Assembly (NCBI GenBank): GCA_963707635.1
Contig: OY970173.1
Span: 2,208,001-2,272,000, forward strand
Length of the DNA: 64,000 nt
Direction: 5' to 3'
DNA from: Candidatus Latescibacterota bacterium
Lineage (GTDB): Bacteria; Krumholzibacteriota; Krumholzibacteriia; WVZY01; JAKEHA01
The notes under the pieces are model-generated. The model made no database searches. It had not been told where the DNA came from and saw only the letters and a list, made by a program, of their open reading frames with translations. Made by a program: the position numbers and the translations under genes. Shown here piece after piece: positions 10,293-19,725 of the stretch (position 1 is its first letter; each line of letters opens with the position of its first letter).

Positions 10293-10919
10293 CTAGAAGT
10301 CGACACCCTTCTCGACGACCGGGGCGACCACCTGCCTGAAGTGGTTGCGCGCCCGATTGATCCTGGAGCGGACGGTCCCGAGCTTTAGCCCGGTGACCGC
10401 CGCAATTTCCTCATAGGACAGCTCGTTTATCTCCCGAAGCACGAAGCTCTCCCGATACTTGGCGGGGATCTTCTGGATCGCCCGGCTGATGATCTCCCCC
10501 AGTTCCGCGTCGTTGATCACCTCGTCGGGGGACTTGCGCGTGTCCTCGATGTCGAGGGTCCTCTCTTCGTCCGAATCGGCCGAACGCGTCCACAGCGACA
10601 CGATCTTTGGTGCGCGCGAACGCGAGCGCAGCCGATTGCGGACGAGATTGGTCGCGATGGTGTAGAGCCAGGTCGAAAAGCGCGCGATCGTCTTGTACTT
10701 GTCGGCGTGTATGTACGCCTTGACGAACGCTTCCTGCGCAATCTCCTCGGCTTCGTCACGGCTGCCGGTCAGACGGAACAGGTAATTGAACAGCCTCACC
10801 TTGAACCGCTCGACCAGTACGTCATAGCAGTCCGTGTCCCCACCCTGGACGCGGAGCATCAAGTCCTCGTCCGAGTGATCTTTCCACTTGGCGCGATCGC
10901 GATTCGAATCGGTATGCAC
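10293..10919 (-). CDS. ECF sigma-70 factor (RpoE/SigW-like)
   Basis: AEEIAQEAFVKAY, FSTWLYTIATN, LSYEEIA..TGLKLGTVRSRINRAR. Start placed at GTG 10919 after a GAGGTG RBS. Confidence 0.93.
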   Translation of the reverse strand: MHTDSNRDRAKWKDHSDEDLMLRVQGGDTDCYDVLVERFKVRLFNYLFRLTGSRDEAEEIAQEAFVKAYIHADKYKTIARFSTWLYTIATNLVRNRLRSRSRAPKIVSLWTRSADSDEERTLDIEDTRKSPDEVINDAELGEIISRAIQKIPAKYRESFVLREINELSYEEIAAVTGLKLGTVRSRINRARNHFRQVVAPVVEKGVDF

Positions 10920-10944
10920 CGGGCACCTCGTCGGTCGTGTCAGC

Positions 10945-10973
10945 TTATACTCGCCGCGCCGGCGACGGGTTCC
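10945..10973 (-). promoter_or_regulatory. Putative autoregulatory ECF promoter
   Basis: GGAACC-N16-AGTATAA about 25 nt upstream of the sigma start codon. Confidence 0.6.
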
Positions 10974-11013
10974 CGATTCGAACAAGACTTGTAATACATT
11001 GCCATATAATAAG

Positions 11014-11730
11014 TTACTCCGCTGCCGTCAGGCGAATCCGCCAGCCGCGAACGGGAAGCGTGGCGGAGAGTTCCCGCAATCGCCCGTCGCGCCAGCCGTA
11101 GGTCACCTCGAGCCGGTCGTCGAACGTGCGCGACTCCGCCGGGTCCGGCCAGACCGCGCACATCAGCCGTCCGTCGGCGAGGTCGAGGCGAAACGCTCCA
11201 GTCGTGAGCGTCCCCGCCACCCCACCGTCGACGGGAACGAGCGACACCACGCCGTCGCCGGCCGAGATGCCGGTCGCCCGCGCCACACCCGTCGCCCATC
11301 TGCCCGCCGTCCCCGTCCCCTGCCGAATCAGCTCGTCCACCGCGTCGCCCTCGTACAGGCGCGCGTGTTCGCGGTCGAACACGCGCAACGTGTCCCGCGC
11401 CATCGTCACCACGATGTCCTCGCGCTGTCCTCCGAAGAGCGTGGTTCCGCTGAACTCGAGCACGAGATCCCCCGCCGCATCGACGCGCAGCTGGAAGCGC
11501 CCGCGCACGCGGTATTGCTCGACGTCGAAGGTCGCGCGCCCCGCCAGCGACCACGGGCGCTCCGGCAGGCCGGCCGTGAGCAGCGAGTCGACCACACGGT
11601 CCGGGTTCCCGCCGGGAGCGGCGCGCGGCGCGCCCACGCGTTGCCGGCAACCCGCGCCGAGGCCCGCGGCGAGCACCACCAGCGCGGCGAGGCTAATTGC
11701 CGCGGCGTTGTGCGGACTCGATCTTCTCAC
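11014..11730 (-). CDS. Hypothetical lipoprotein (LolB/DUF4292-like position and pattern)
   Basis: Lipobox LGAGC, beta-rich alternating pattern, follows a large periplasmic TPR gene. Confidence 0.55.
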   Translation of the reverse strand: MRRSSPHNAAAISLAALVVLAAGLGAGCRQRVGAPRAAPGGNPDRVVDSLLTAGLPERPWSLAGRATFDVEQYRVRGRFQLRVDAAGDLVLEFSGTTLFGGQREDIVVTMARDTLRVFDREHARLYEGDAVDELIRQGTGTAGRWATGVARATGISAGDGVVSLVPVDGGVAGTLTTGAFRLDLADGRLMCAVWPDPAESRTFDDRLEVTYGWRDGRLRELSATLPVRGWRIRLTAAE

Positions 11731-13450
11731 GCAGTGATGCGCTGGGTTCCTGCAGCTCGCTCGAGTGGCGATATGCGGCCAACGCCTCCGGGTAGCGCGA
11801 AAGCGCGGCGTACGCGTCGCCGAGGTGTTCCAGAATCACGGGGTCGTCGGCGATGATGCGGACCGCCCGCTCGAGCTCGCTGGCCGCGCGCCCGTACTCG
11901 CCCCGCCGGAAGTAGATCCACCCGAGGCTGTCGAGGTAGTAGCCGTTGGCCGGTTCCTTCGCCAGCGCCTTGCGCACGAGCGCCTCGGCGTGCTCGAGGT
12001 CCTTTCCCATCTCCGCGAGCAGGTACCCGTAGAAGTTGCACACCGCCGCGTCGTCGGGCACCAGCGCGTAGAGTTCGACCAGCAGACGCTCGGCGTCTTC
12101 CCAGCGTCCCTGCTTCTCGTGCACGGATGCGAGGTTGAACATCGCGCCGCGATCCCCCGGCTTGAGCTCGTTCGCGCGCGCGAGGTGGACGCGCGCGCCT
12201 TCCAGGGAATCCACGCTCGAATAGGCCATGCCCACCATGAACTGCGCGTCGAAATCGTCGCGCGGGGCGAGCGTCGACGCTCGCTCGAGCAAGGTTCCGA
12301 CCTCCGCCTTCGAGAGCTCGACGCGGGCCCCTTTCGCGCCGGGCGTATCGCGGGCGAAGAACAGCGCCAGGTAGTTGCGATAATCCTCGGGGCCGGCGGC
12401 AATCGCCCGCTCGAAATACCCTCGCGCTTCGGCCGCGTCCCCGGTTCGCAGACTCAGATCTCCGAGAATCCGAGCCAGCTCGGTGCTTTGCGGCGACTTC
12501 TGGTAGAGGCCCTGGAAGACACCCTTCGCCGATTCGAATTCACCCGCCTCGAAATAGAGACGCCCGAGCAGGAGCTCGGTCTCCTCGCCGGCCGGTCCGT
12601 CCACCCGTTCGGCTTCGAGGATCCGGATGCCGTCGGCGTAGCGGCCGGCCGCCAGGTAGGCCTCCGCCAGTTTCGCGCGCGCCATCGGGGGAGCGTCCCC
12701 GCGCGCGACCAGGCCTTCGAGCACCGGGAGCGCGTCTTCCAGCCGGCCTTCGGACTCGAGCAGTCGCACCAGCTGCTCGATCGCCCGGGGTTCTCCCGCG
12801 TCGAGTTCGAGCGCGGCGCGAAACGCCTCCTCCGCCTCTCGTGGCCGCCCGGCCTCCACCAGCAGTTCCCCCCGCAGGGTGTGGAGCTCCGGAATCGACG
12901 GATCGAGGCGCACACACGCCTCCACCGCGCCGATGGCGCGCTCGAGGTCTCCCTCCTCCAGATACAGGCTCGCCAGCATCCGCTCGGATTCGACGGAAGC
13001 GACCCCCGACTCGCGCGCACGCTCGAGATAGCGGATCGACGCGGCCGGGTCGCGACGGCCGTAGCTGACCCGCGCGCGCAGCAGCAGCATGTCGAGGCGC
13101 GCCGGATCCGCTTTCAGCACCCGCTCCGCGATGCGATCCGCGTGGTCTACGTCGCGGACCGCGTAGTATGCCCGGGCCAGGCACGCTCCCACCGGCGGCG
13201 ATTCCCCGCTCGTCCGCCACGCGGCGAGCAACGGGTCGATGGCCTGGTCGGGATGCCCGCTCTCGAGCAGATACACGCCCGCGGCAAAACTGCCGAGCGT
13301 GGCCGCCCCGTCCACGTCGCGGGTTGCGTCCGCCGGCGCTGCCAGGGAAACGCCTGCGCCCGGCGCGGCCAACGCGCAGCACACGAAGGCGATACGGCAT
13401 GCCCGTGCAAAAGTCGCCCATCTCAAAAACCGAGTTTGCGTGATTCGCAT
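11693..13450 (-). CDS. Exported multi-TPR protein
   Basis: Signal peptide, many TPRs, C-terminal NFYGYLLAE..DL..AE.LVRKAL..EP.NGYYLDSLGWIYF and ILEHLGDAY motifs. Confidence 0.9.
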   Translation of the reverse strand: MRITQTRFLRWATFARACRIAFVCCALAAPGAGVSLAAPADATRDVDGAATLGSFAAGVYLLESGHPDQAIDPLLAAWRTSGESPPVGACLARAYYAVRDVDHADRIAERVLKADPARLDMLLLRARVSYGRRDPAASIRYLERARESGVASVESERMLASLYLEEGDLERAIGAVEACVRLDPSIPELHTLRGELLVEAGRPREAEEAFRAALELDAGEPRAIEQLVRLLESEGRLEDALPVLEGLVARGDAPPMARAKLAEAYLAAGRYADGIRILEAERVDGPAGEETELLLGRLYFEAGEFESAKGVFQGLYQKSPQSTELARILGDLSLRTGDAAEARGYFERAIAAGPEDYRNYLALFFARDTPGAKGARVELSKAEVGTLLERASTLAPRDDFDAQFMVGMAYSSVDSLEGARVHLARANELKPGDRGAMFNLASVHEKQGRWEDAERLLVELYALVPDDAAVCNFYGYLLAEMGKDLEHAEALVRKALAKEPANGYYLDSLGWIYFRRGEYGRAASELERAVRIIADDPVILEHLGDAYAALSRYPEALAAYRHSSELQEPSASLREKIESAQRRGN

Positions 13451-13481
13451 AAGAGCTAGTAACTTAGCTTCAGTGTAACAG

Positions 13482-13802
13482 GTGACCATCGTGCTGACAA
13501 CGACGCGACCTCATGGACGTTCGGTGCTCGTTCGCACTCTCGCCCTGATCGTCGCGGCGGGGTGCATCTCCGGCTGCTACACGATTTTCAGGCACCCGGC
13601 GATCATGGAGATGAGCTTCCGGCGCCCCGCGCCGGACCAGCCCTGCACGGCCTGCCACGCGTCCGGGGAGCGAATCGGTTTTCTCCGCCCCAACGCGCTC
13701 GCCCCCGAACCCTCACCGTGGGGAGATCTCGAGCATCCCTGGTGGATCGATCGAGCCGACTTCCCCGATACCGCGCGAGGTGACGGTGGCACGTCGCACT
13801 GA
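13482..13802 (+). CDS. Small lipoprotein with a single CxxCH motif
   Basis: Lipobox ISGC followed by YTIFRHP, CTACH, and PW..HPWW. Overlaps the downstream barrel gene. Start codon uncertain. Confidence 0.65.
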   Translation: MTIVLTTTRPHGRSVLVRTLALIVAAGCISGCYTIFRHPAIMEMSFRRPAPDQPCTACHASGERIGFLRPNALAPEPSPWGDLEHPWWIDRADFPDTARGDGGTSH

Positions 13803-15093
13803 CCGGTACGCGCGCGCGGCGGCCGCCTGCATCAGCGCTCTGCTCCTCGCGCCGGGCGCGAGCGCGCAGTCCGAGGACGTCGCGGTCCAATTCGAGGACT
13901 TCGGATTCACCGCGCTCCCGGACCCATCGGCGCGGGCGAACGCAATTTCTGCACCGGCCGCCCTGGTCTCCGACGTGACCGCGCTCCTGTACAACCCGGC
14001 CGGCCTCTCGCGGGTCAAGCGGCGCAACGCGAGCATTTCCTACGCCTGGCGCAGTCAGGACTGCGACTACGCGTTCGGCGGCCAGTCGGAAACCTCGACG
14101 GCAGACGCGTCGGGGCTGGGTTTCGCCGGCTTTGCGTTTCCCATCCCCGTGCTGCGCGGGAGCCTCGTGCCGGCGGTGTCGGTCCACCGGGCATTCTCCA
14201 GCGAGCGGGTGCTGAGCTACCACGGCCTCAACCTTCCCGACGGACGCGACGACACGTACTTACTCCAGCAGTCGGGCGCGACCTACGCGTACACGCTCGG
14301 GGTGAGCGTGGACGTATCCGGCACGTTTTCCCTGGGCGGGGCCCTGTCGTTCCTGGACGGGGACATCGACGTGCTCCGCCAGTACGATACCCGGCCCCAC
14401 CTTCCCCAGCCGCAGCCGCAAACGTTCGTGATGGACTCGGCGCAGCTCCAGGTCACCGGAGTCGTCGGCAAGCTGGGCCTCGAGGTCTACGCCCACCGTC
14501 ATCTGCAACTCGCGGTGGTGTTGACCTCGCGGCAACCGCTGGAAGTGAGTGGAACCCGGGTGCAGGAGGTCACCACCCAGGTCGACAACGACGTCGGTTC
14601 GTTCACTCGCGAGACCACGACGCCGTCCACCGAATACGTGCTCCCCTACCGCCTCGACGCGGCGATGGCCGTGCCGTGGAAGACGATCACGCTCGCCGCC
14701 CAGGTGGGGTACGCCGACTGGACCCAGGCCACGATCGATGGCCACCGCATTCGCACCCAGGGCGGCGAGGAGGTGTTGCGCTCGGTGGTCGACCTGCGCG
14801 GGGGCGTGGAATGGTCGGTGCCGGTTCGGGGGCTGCGGGTGCGAGCAGGTATCGCCCGCGCCCGCGGGGCGCTTTCGTTCATGCAGGCCGACCGCATCGA
14901 CGAGGACCGTCTGGAACGGATCGCCGCCGAATCAGGACGTACGCGGGTGTCGCTGGGCGCGGGCCTGCTGGTCGGGACGCGGGTGACACTGGACGCCGCG
15001 TACGAAAACGTCCAGGGGGAGCGTAGCACCGAGACCGTCGGTGAGCGTGTCGACGGGCAGGGAGTGCTCCTGCAAGGGTCGTACTGGTTCTAG
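13780..15093 (+). CDS. OmpP1/FadL-like outer-membrane beta-barrel
   Basis: Signal peptide, ARANA..D.TALLYNPAGL hatch motif, amphipathic strands, C-terminal beta-signal GSYWF. Confidence 0.8.
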   Translation: MTVARRTDRYARAAAACISALLLAPGASAQSEDVAVQFEDFGFTALPDPSARANAISAPAALVSDVTALLYNPAGLSRVKRRNASISYAWRSQDCDYAFGGQSETSTADASGLGFAGFAFPIPVLRGSLVPAVSVHRAFSSERVLSYHGLNLPDGRDDTYLLQQSGATYAYTLGVSVDVSGTFSLGGALSFLDGDIDVLRQYDTRPHLPQPQPQTFVMDSAQLQVTGVVGKLGLEVYAHRHLQLAVVLTSRQPLEVSGTRVQEVTTQVDNDVGSFTRETTTPSTEYVLPYRLDAAMAVPWKTITLAAQVGYADWTQATIDGHRIRTQGGEEVLRSVVDLRGGVEWSVPVRGLRVRAGIARARGALSFMQADRIDEDRLERIAAESGRTRVSLGAGLLVGTRVTLDAAYENVQGERSTETVGERVDGQGVLLQGSYWF

Positions 15094-15097
15094 CCGC

Positions 15098-15586
15098 TTA
15101 GCGCTTGCGCGACGTTCCCCCGAGGAGCGCCAGGTAGGCGTCGTCCAATCGGCCCATCACGTCTTCGCTCAACCCGCCTCCGTCCTGGAGCGCGCGGTTG
15201 TAGACTTCCTCCAGGTAACGGCACAGCGAAACCTGGCGACCCTCGATCTGCTCGTCGACGAGCGCGATCAGCTCCGCGCGCCGGCGCAGGAAATCGGGGT
15301 CGCTTTCCTCGCGACGAGCCACGTTGTGGAAGTAATCGTTGAGGAGATTCAGCCAGTACGCGTCGTGCTCGCCCCCGTTGTCGAACACACAACCGGGGCG
15401 ATCGAGAAAGCAGTAGCCGTAAACGAGATACGTGCACTGCAGCATTCCCTGCAGAAAGAAGCGACGGAAGCAATCCGGGCTCGTCTCGTCGAGGCGACAC
15501 GGGAGCTGGCAGTCGCGGCACAGGCGAACATTGTCGCCCCCGTACACGTACGGGGCGGCGGGAACACGAATCTCGGGTCGGCCCAT
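15098..15586 (-). CDS. Hypothetical Cys-rich protein
   Basis: 162-aa ORF with normal composition filling the gap after rnc; CRDCQLPC plus five further Cys. Confidence 0.7.
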   Translation of the reverse strand: MGRPEIRVPAAPYVYGGDNVRLCRDCQLPCRLDETSPDCFRRFFLQGMLQCTYLVYGYCFLDRPGCVFDNGGEHDAYWLNLLNDYFHNVARREESDPDFLRRRAELIALVDEQIEGRQVSLCRYLEEVYNRALQDGGGLSEDVMGRLDDAYLALLGGTSRKR

Positions 15587-15618
15587 GGTTGCTGGAACCG
15601 GAAGCGTCGCGGCGGCGG

Positions 15619-16392
15619 TCAGCCCTCCGCGCCGGCGTTGATCAGCCGGCGGTACGCTTCCTTCGCGGCCTCCTGTTCCGCGTTCTTCTTGGTCTTCCCC
15701 GTACCCTGGCCCAGGATATTACCTTTCACCACGACTTCGACCACGAACAGTTTGTCGTGGTCGGGCCCGGTGGTCGAATGCACCCGGTAGCGCGGAGGCA
15801 CCTTGTGCAGCGCCTGAATGTATTCCTGCAAGTGGCTCTTATAATTGAAACTATCTTCCCGTGAGGTCTGGTCCTCCAGGTCCTCCGGCAGCACCTTCAG
15901 GATGCACCGCTTGGCCGCCTCGAAACCACCGTCGATGAATACCGCTCCAAAGACCGCCTCGAGCGTATCCGACAGGACGCTATCCATCGTCTGCACGCCC
16001 GCGCGCTGCGCGTTGTCGCTCACCAACACGAACGCGCCCAGGTCGAGCTCCTTGCCCCGATCCGCCAGCGCCTGCTTGCTCACGATGACGGACTTCATCT
16101 TCGTCAACTCGCCCTCCGTCTTGTCGGGATAACGATGGTACAAACAGTCGTTGACCACCAGCGACAACACCGAATCGCCGAGGAATTCCATGCGCTCGTT
16201 CGAGCGCAACGCGACGTTCGACTCCAGCCCCGCGTAATACGAACGGTGCATCAGCGAGGCGATCAGGAGCGAGCGATCGCGGAAGCGATAGCCGATGATG
16301 TCCTCGAGCAGGGCGAGGCGTTCGCGCTCCATCGGCGCGGGAGTGGAGTCTGGGGTGAAGCGCGAAAAGAGTCTTCGAAGCGCGCCCCGCAT
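15619..16392 (-). CDS. rnc: Ribonuclease III
   Basis: NERMEFLGDSVL signature, DTLEAVFGA, dsRBD YKSHLQEY..GPDHDK.F..GKTKKNAEQ. Confidence 0.97.
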   Translation of the reverse strand: MRGALRRLFSRFTPDSTPAPMERERLALLEDIIGYRFRDRSLLIASLMHRSYYAGLESNVALRSNERMEFLGDSVLSLVVNDCLYHRYPDKTEGELTKMKSVIVSKQALADRGKELDLGAFVLVSDNAQRAGVQTMDSVLSDTLEAVFGAVFIDGGFEAAKRCILKVLPEDLEDQTSREDSFNYKSHLQEYIQALHKVPPRYRVHSTTGPDHDKLFVVEVVVKGNILGQGTGKTKKNAEQEAAKEAYRRLINAGAEG

Positions 16393-16401
16393 GTCGGTCT
16401 G

Positions 16402-17655
16402 TCAGGCTCCCGCGTATCGCCGCACGGCGATGGTGACGTTGTGCCCCCCGAAGCCGAAGGAGTTCGAAAGCGCGACGTCGACCACCGCTCGGCGCGCGCG
16501 ATTGGGCACGTAATCGAGGTCGCACTGCGGGTCCGGGTTCTCCTGGTTGATCGTGGGCGGAACGATCCCGTCGCGGATGGCGAGCACGCAGAACACCAGC
16601 TCCACCGCCGCCGCCGCCCCGAGCAGATGGCCGACCATCGACTTGGTCGAGCTCACCATCATCTTGTACGCGTGCTCGCCGAAGACCCGCTTGATGGCCG
16701 CGGTTTCGCTCGCGTCGTTGAGCTCGGTGCTGGTGCCGTGCGCATTGATATACTGCACGTCGCCCGGCGCGATTCCCGCGTCGGTGACCGCCATCTGCAT
16801 CGCTCGCACCGCCCCCTCTCCGTCGGGAGCCGGCGAGGTCATGTGGTACGCGTCCCCCGAGAGGCCGACGCCCACAACCTCCGCCATGATGATCGCCCCT
16901 CGCGCGCGCGCGTGCTCCAGTTCTTCGAGCAGGAGTGTCCCGGCCCCCTCGCCGATCACGAAGCCGTCGCGGTCGCGGTCGAACGGCCGCGAGGCCCGTG
17001 CCGGGTCGTCGTTGCGCCGCGAAAGCGCCCTCACGGAACAGAAGCCGGCGAGCGACATGGGCGTCACCGCCGCCTCGGTGCCGCCCGTCACCACCGCGTC
17101 GGCGTGGCCGGCCTTGATCAGCAGGTAGGCGTCCGCGATGGCGTTGCCCCCCGACGCGCACGCAGAGACCGTCGCGTAGTTGGGCCCTTTGAGCCCGAAG
17201 GCGATCGAGACATAGCCGGACGGCATGTCGGCGATCATCATCGGAATGAAGAACGGGCTGACTTTGTCGGGGCCGCGTTCGCGCAGAATTGTGTGCTGCT
17301 TTTCGAAGGTCGCAATCCCTCCGATGCCCGAGCCGATCACGACGCCGATGCGGTTGCGGTCGAGTGAATCGAAGTCGATACCGGCCAGCGCCTGTCGCGT
17401 GGCCGCCATCGCGAGGTGCACCGTGCGGTCGGTGCGCTTGCTGTCCTTGGCGTCCATGAACTCGAGCGGCTCGAAGTTGCGGACCTCGGCGGCGAAGCGC
17501 GTCGAAAACGCGGATGCGTCGAAACTCGTGATCGGGCCGACGCCGCCGCGCCCCGCCACCAGCGCATTCCAGGTGTCGACGGTGCTGTGGCCGCACGCCG
17601 TCACCAGACCGACGCCGGTGACGACAACGCGCCTTGGGCTTTTCGTCAGAGCCAT
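16402..17655 (-). CDS. fabF: Beta-ketoacyl-ACP synthase II
   Basis: RRVVVTGVG, SACASG, INAHGTST, KSMVGHLLGAA, SNSFGFGGHN. True start ATG 17655; the ORF-track extension overlaps acpP/fabG. Confidence 0.96.
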   Translation of the reverse strand: MALTKSPRRVVVTGVGLVTACGHSTVDTWNALVAGRGGVGPITSFDASAFSTRFAAEVRNFEPLEFMDAKDSKRTDRTVHLAMAATRQALAGIDFDSLDRNRIGVVIGSGIGGIATFEKQHTILRERGPDKVSPFFIPMMIADMPSGYVSIAFGLKGPNYATVSACASGGNAIADAYLLIKAGHADAVVTGGTEAAVTPMSLAGFCSVRALSRRNDDPARASRPFDRDRDGFVIGEGAGTLLLEELEHARARGAIIMAEVVGVGLSGDAYHMTSPAPDGEGAVRAMQMAVTDAGIAPGDVQYINAHGTSTELNDASETAAIKRVFGEHAYKMMVSSTKSMVGHLLGAAAAVELVFCVLAIRDGIVPPTINQENPDPQCDLDYVPNRARRAVVDVALSNSFGFGGHNVTIAVRRYAGA

Positions 17656-17708
17656 ACCTGTCCTGACCGCGCCCCCGGGGGCGCCGTGCGCGGCGAGCGC
17701 GCGCGTCC

Positions 17709-17945
17709 CTAGCCGACCTTCGAGTTGATGTAGTCGATCGCGTTCTGCACGGTCTTGATCTTCTCGGCCTCTTCGTCTGGAATGTCGAGACCGAATTCGT
17801 CTTCCAGCGCCATGACCAGCTCGACGGTATCCAGTGAATCGGCTTTCAGGTCTTCCGCGAACCGGGCGTCGGTCGTTATCTGATCTGCATTCACGGAGAG
17901 TTTTTCCTCGATGATCTTCTTGACCTTGGCTTCGATATCCGACAT
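17709..17945 (-). CDS. acpP: Acyl carrier protein
   Basis: [20 protein letters not shown] phosphopantetheine motif. GGAGG RBS. Confidence 0.97.
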   Translation of the reverse strand: MSDIEAKVKKIIEEKLSVNADQITTDARFAEDLKADSLDTVELVMALEDEFGLDIPDEEAEKIKTVQNAIDYINSKVG

Positions 17946-17969
17946 GTGAACGGTCACCTCCTGTTGACG

Positions 17970-18716
17970 CTAGCGCGCCATCACCAAACCGCCATCGCAG
18001 TTGATCACCTGGCCCGTCAGATAACTCGCCAGGTCCGACACGAGAAACATGACTACATCGGCGACGTCCCGGGTCTCGCCGAAACGGCCGAGCGGGATCA
18101 TCCCCTTCATTTGCGCCTGGGTCTCCTCCGACAACGCGTCGGTCATCGCCGTGCGGATGAAACCGGGCGCCACCGCGTTCACCCGCACCCCGCGCGGGGC
18201 GAACTCCCGGGCGAGCGACTTCGTCAGGCCGATCAGGCCCGCCTTGCTCGCCGCGTAGTTGGCCTGCCCCGCGTTGCCCATCTGCCCCACCACCGACGCG
18301 ATGCTGACGATGCTGCCGGCGCGCTGCTTGAGCATCACCGGAGCGAACACCTTGGTCACGTTGAACGCGCCGGTCAGATTCACCGCCATGACCTGCCCCC
18401 AATCGTCCGGGGTCATGCGCACGAACAGGCGATCGCGGGCGATCCCCGCGTTGTTCACCAGCACGTCAACCCGGCCGAAGTCTTCGATCACCCGGCGCCC
18501 GATCGCTTCGGAATCGTCGTAAGACGACACGTCGCAGCGGTACCCGCGCGCCACCCCGCCCCGCCCGGCCACCTCGGCGGCCGAACCCACCACCGTCTCC
18601 TCGATCACGTCGAGCATGGCCAGCGACGCCCCCGCGCTGGCCAGCCGGTCGGAAATCTCGCGCCCGATTCCCCGGGCCGCCCCCGTCACGACCGCGACTT
18701 TTCCGGAAAGTTCCAT
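17970..18716 (-). CDS. fabG: 3-oxoacyl-ACP reductase
   Basis: TGAARGIG, NNAGI, YAASKAG, VAPGFI. Confidence 0.96.
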   Translation of the reverse strand: MELSGKVAVVTGAARGIGREISDRLASAGASLAMLDVIEETVVGSAAEVAGRGGVARGYRCDVSSYDDSEAIGRRVIEDFGRVDVLVNNAGIARDRLFVRMTPDDWGQVMAVNLTGAFNVTKVFAPVMLKQRAGSIVSIASVVGQMGNAGQANYAASKAGLIGLTKSLAREFAPRGVRVNAVAPGFIRTAMTDALSEETQAQMKGMIPLGRFGETRDVADVVMFLVSDLASYLTGQVINCDGGLVMAR

Positions 18717-18791
18717 GGTGACCAAACGCCCGGCGGCCGTGCCGCCGCCCACGTTTATATCAGACCGCTCCGACCTGCGAAAACAAAAAGT

Positions 18792-19706
18792 TCAACGGGC
18801 CGGTAGCGCGTCGCAGCGCGAGAGGGACGTCACCTCGACCCCGTCCACGATTCGCTTCATGAGCCCCCCCAGCACCGCCCCGGGCCCGACTTCGAATACC
18901 GGCGTCCGCGCACGCGCCGCGAACACGCGCATTCCCTGGGTCCACCGCACCGGCGACGAAAGTTGCCGTGCGAGCAGCTCTACCACTCGCGACGCGTCGT
19001 CGACCACGTCTCCGGTCACGTTCGTGACCCAGGGCACGCGCAGCGGCGCCACCGGGAACGAGTCCAGAAAACCGCGAAACTCGGCGACCACCGCTTCCAT
19101 CAGCGGTGAATGAAACGCGCCGCTGACCGGCAGCTTCAGCGCGCGCTTGGCGCCGCGAGCCTTGCACACCTCACACGCCCGCTCGACCGCGGCGACGTCG
19201 CCGGAAATTGCGAACTGGGAAGGCGAGTTGTAGTTCGCCACCACGACCGTGCCGCCCGCCTCGCGCAGGCACGCGTTCACCTGCGCCTCGTCGAGACCGA
19301 TGATCGCCGCCATGGTGCCCGGCCGTTCGACGCCGGCGTCGTACATCAGCTCGCCGCGCCGGCGCACGATCTTCAGCGCGTCGAGGGGATCCAGGCACCC
19401 GGCGGCCACCAGCGCCGAAAATTCGCCCAGGCTGTGCCCGGCCACGATCGACGGCTTCACCCCGCGCGCCCCGAGCACGGCCAGGATCGCGATGCTGTGG
19501 AGCAGAATCGCGGGCTGGGCATTGCGCGTCTGCGTGAGCTCGTCCAGGTCACCGGTGAACGACAGCGTGGAAATGTCGAATCCGAGCGCGCCGTTGGCGC
19601 GCCGATACAGCTCGCGCGCCTCCGGGAAGTCGTCGTAGTAGTCCTTCCCCATCCCGACGAACTGCGAGCCCTGGCCCGGGAACAGCATTCCCACTGGTGT
19701 CGACAT
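18792..19706 (-). CDS. fabD: Malonyl-CoA:ACP transacylase
   Basis: FPGQGSQ, GHSLGEF, VSGAFHS, PVRW. Confidence 0.96.
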   Translation of the reverse strand: MSTPVGMLFPGQGSQFVGMGKDYYDDFPEARELYRRANGALGFDISTLSFTGDLDELTQTRNAQPAILLHSIAILAVLGARGVKPSIVAGHSLGEFSALVAAGCLDPLDALKIVRRRGELMYDAGVERPGTMAAIIGLDEAQVNACLREAGGTVVVANYNSPSQFAISGDVAAVERACEVCKARGAKRALKLPVSGAFHSPLMEAVVAEFRGFLDSFPVAPLRVPWVTNVTGDVVDDASRVVELLARQLSSPVRWTQGMRVFAARARTPVFEVGPGAVLGGLMKRIVDGVEVTSLSRCDALPAR

Positions 19707-19725
19707 CGATCCGCTCCGCGCCGTG

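Noticed and set aside
16402..18402. 666-aa extended FabF (also extended SucD, PilB, CoaD and DprA ORFs)
   Set aside because: The extensions overlap neighbouring genes or promoters; canonical N-termini lie downstream.
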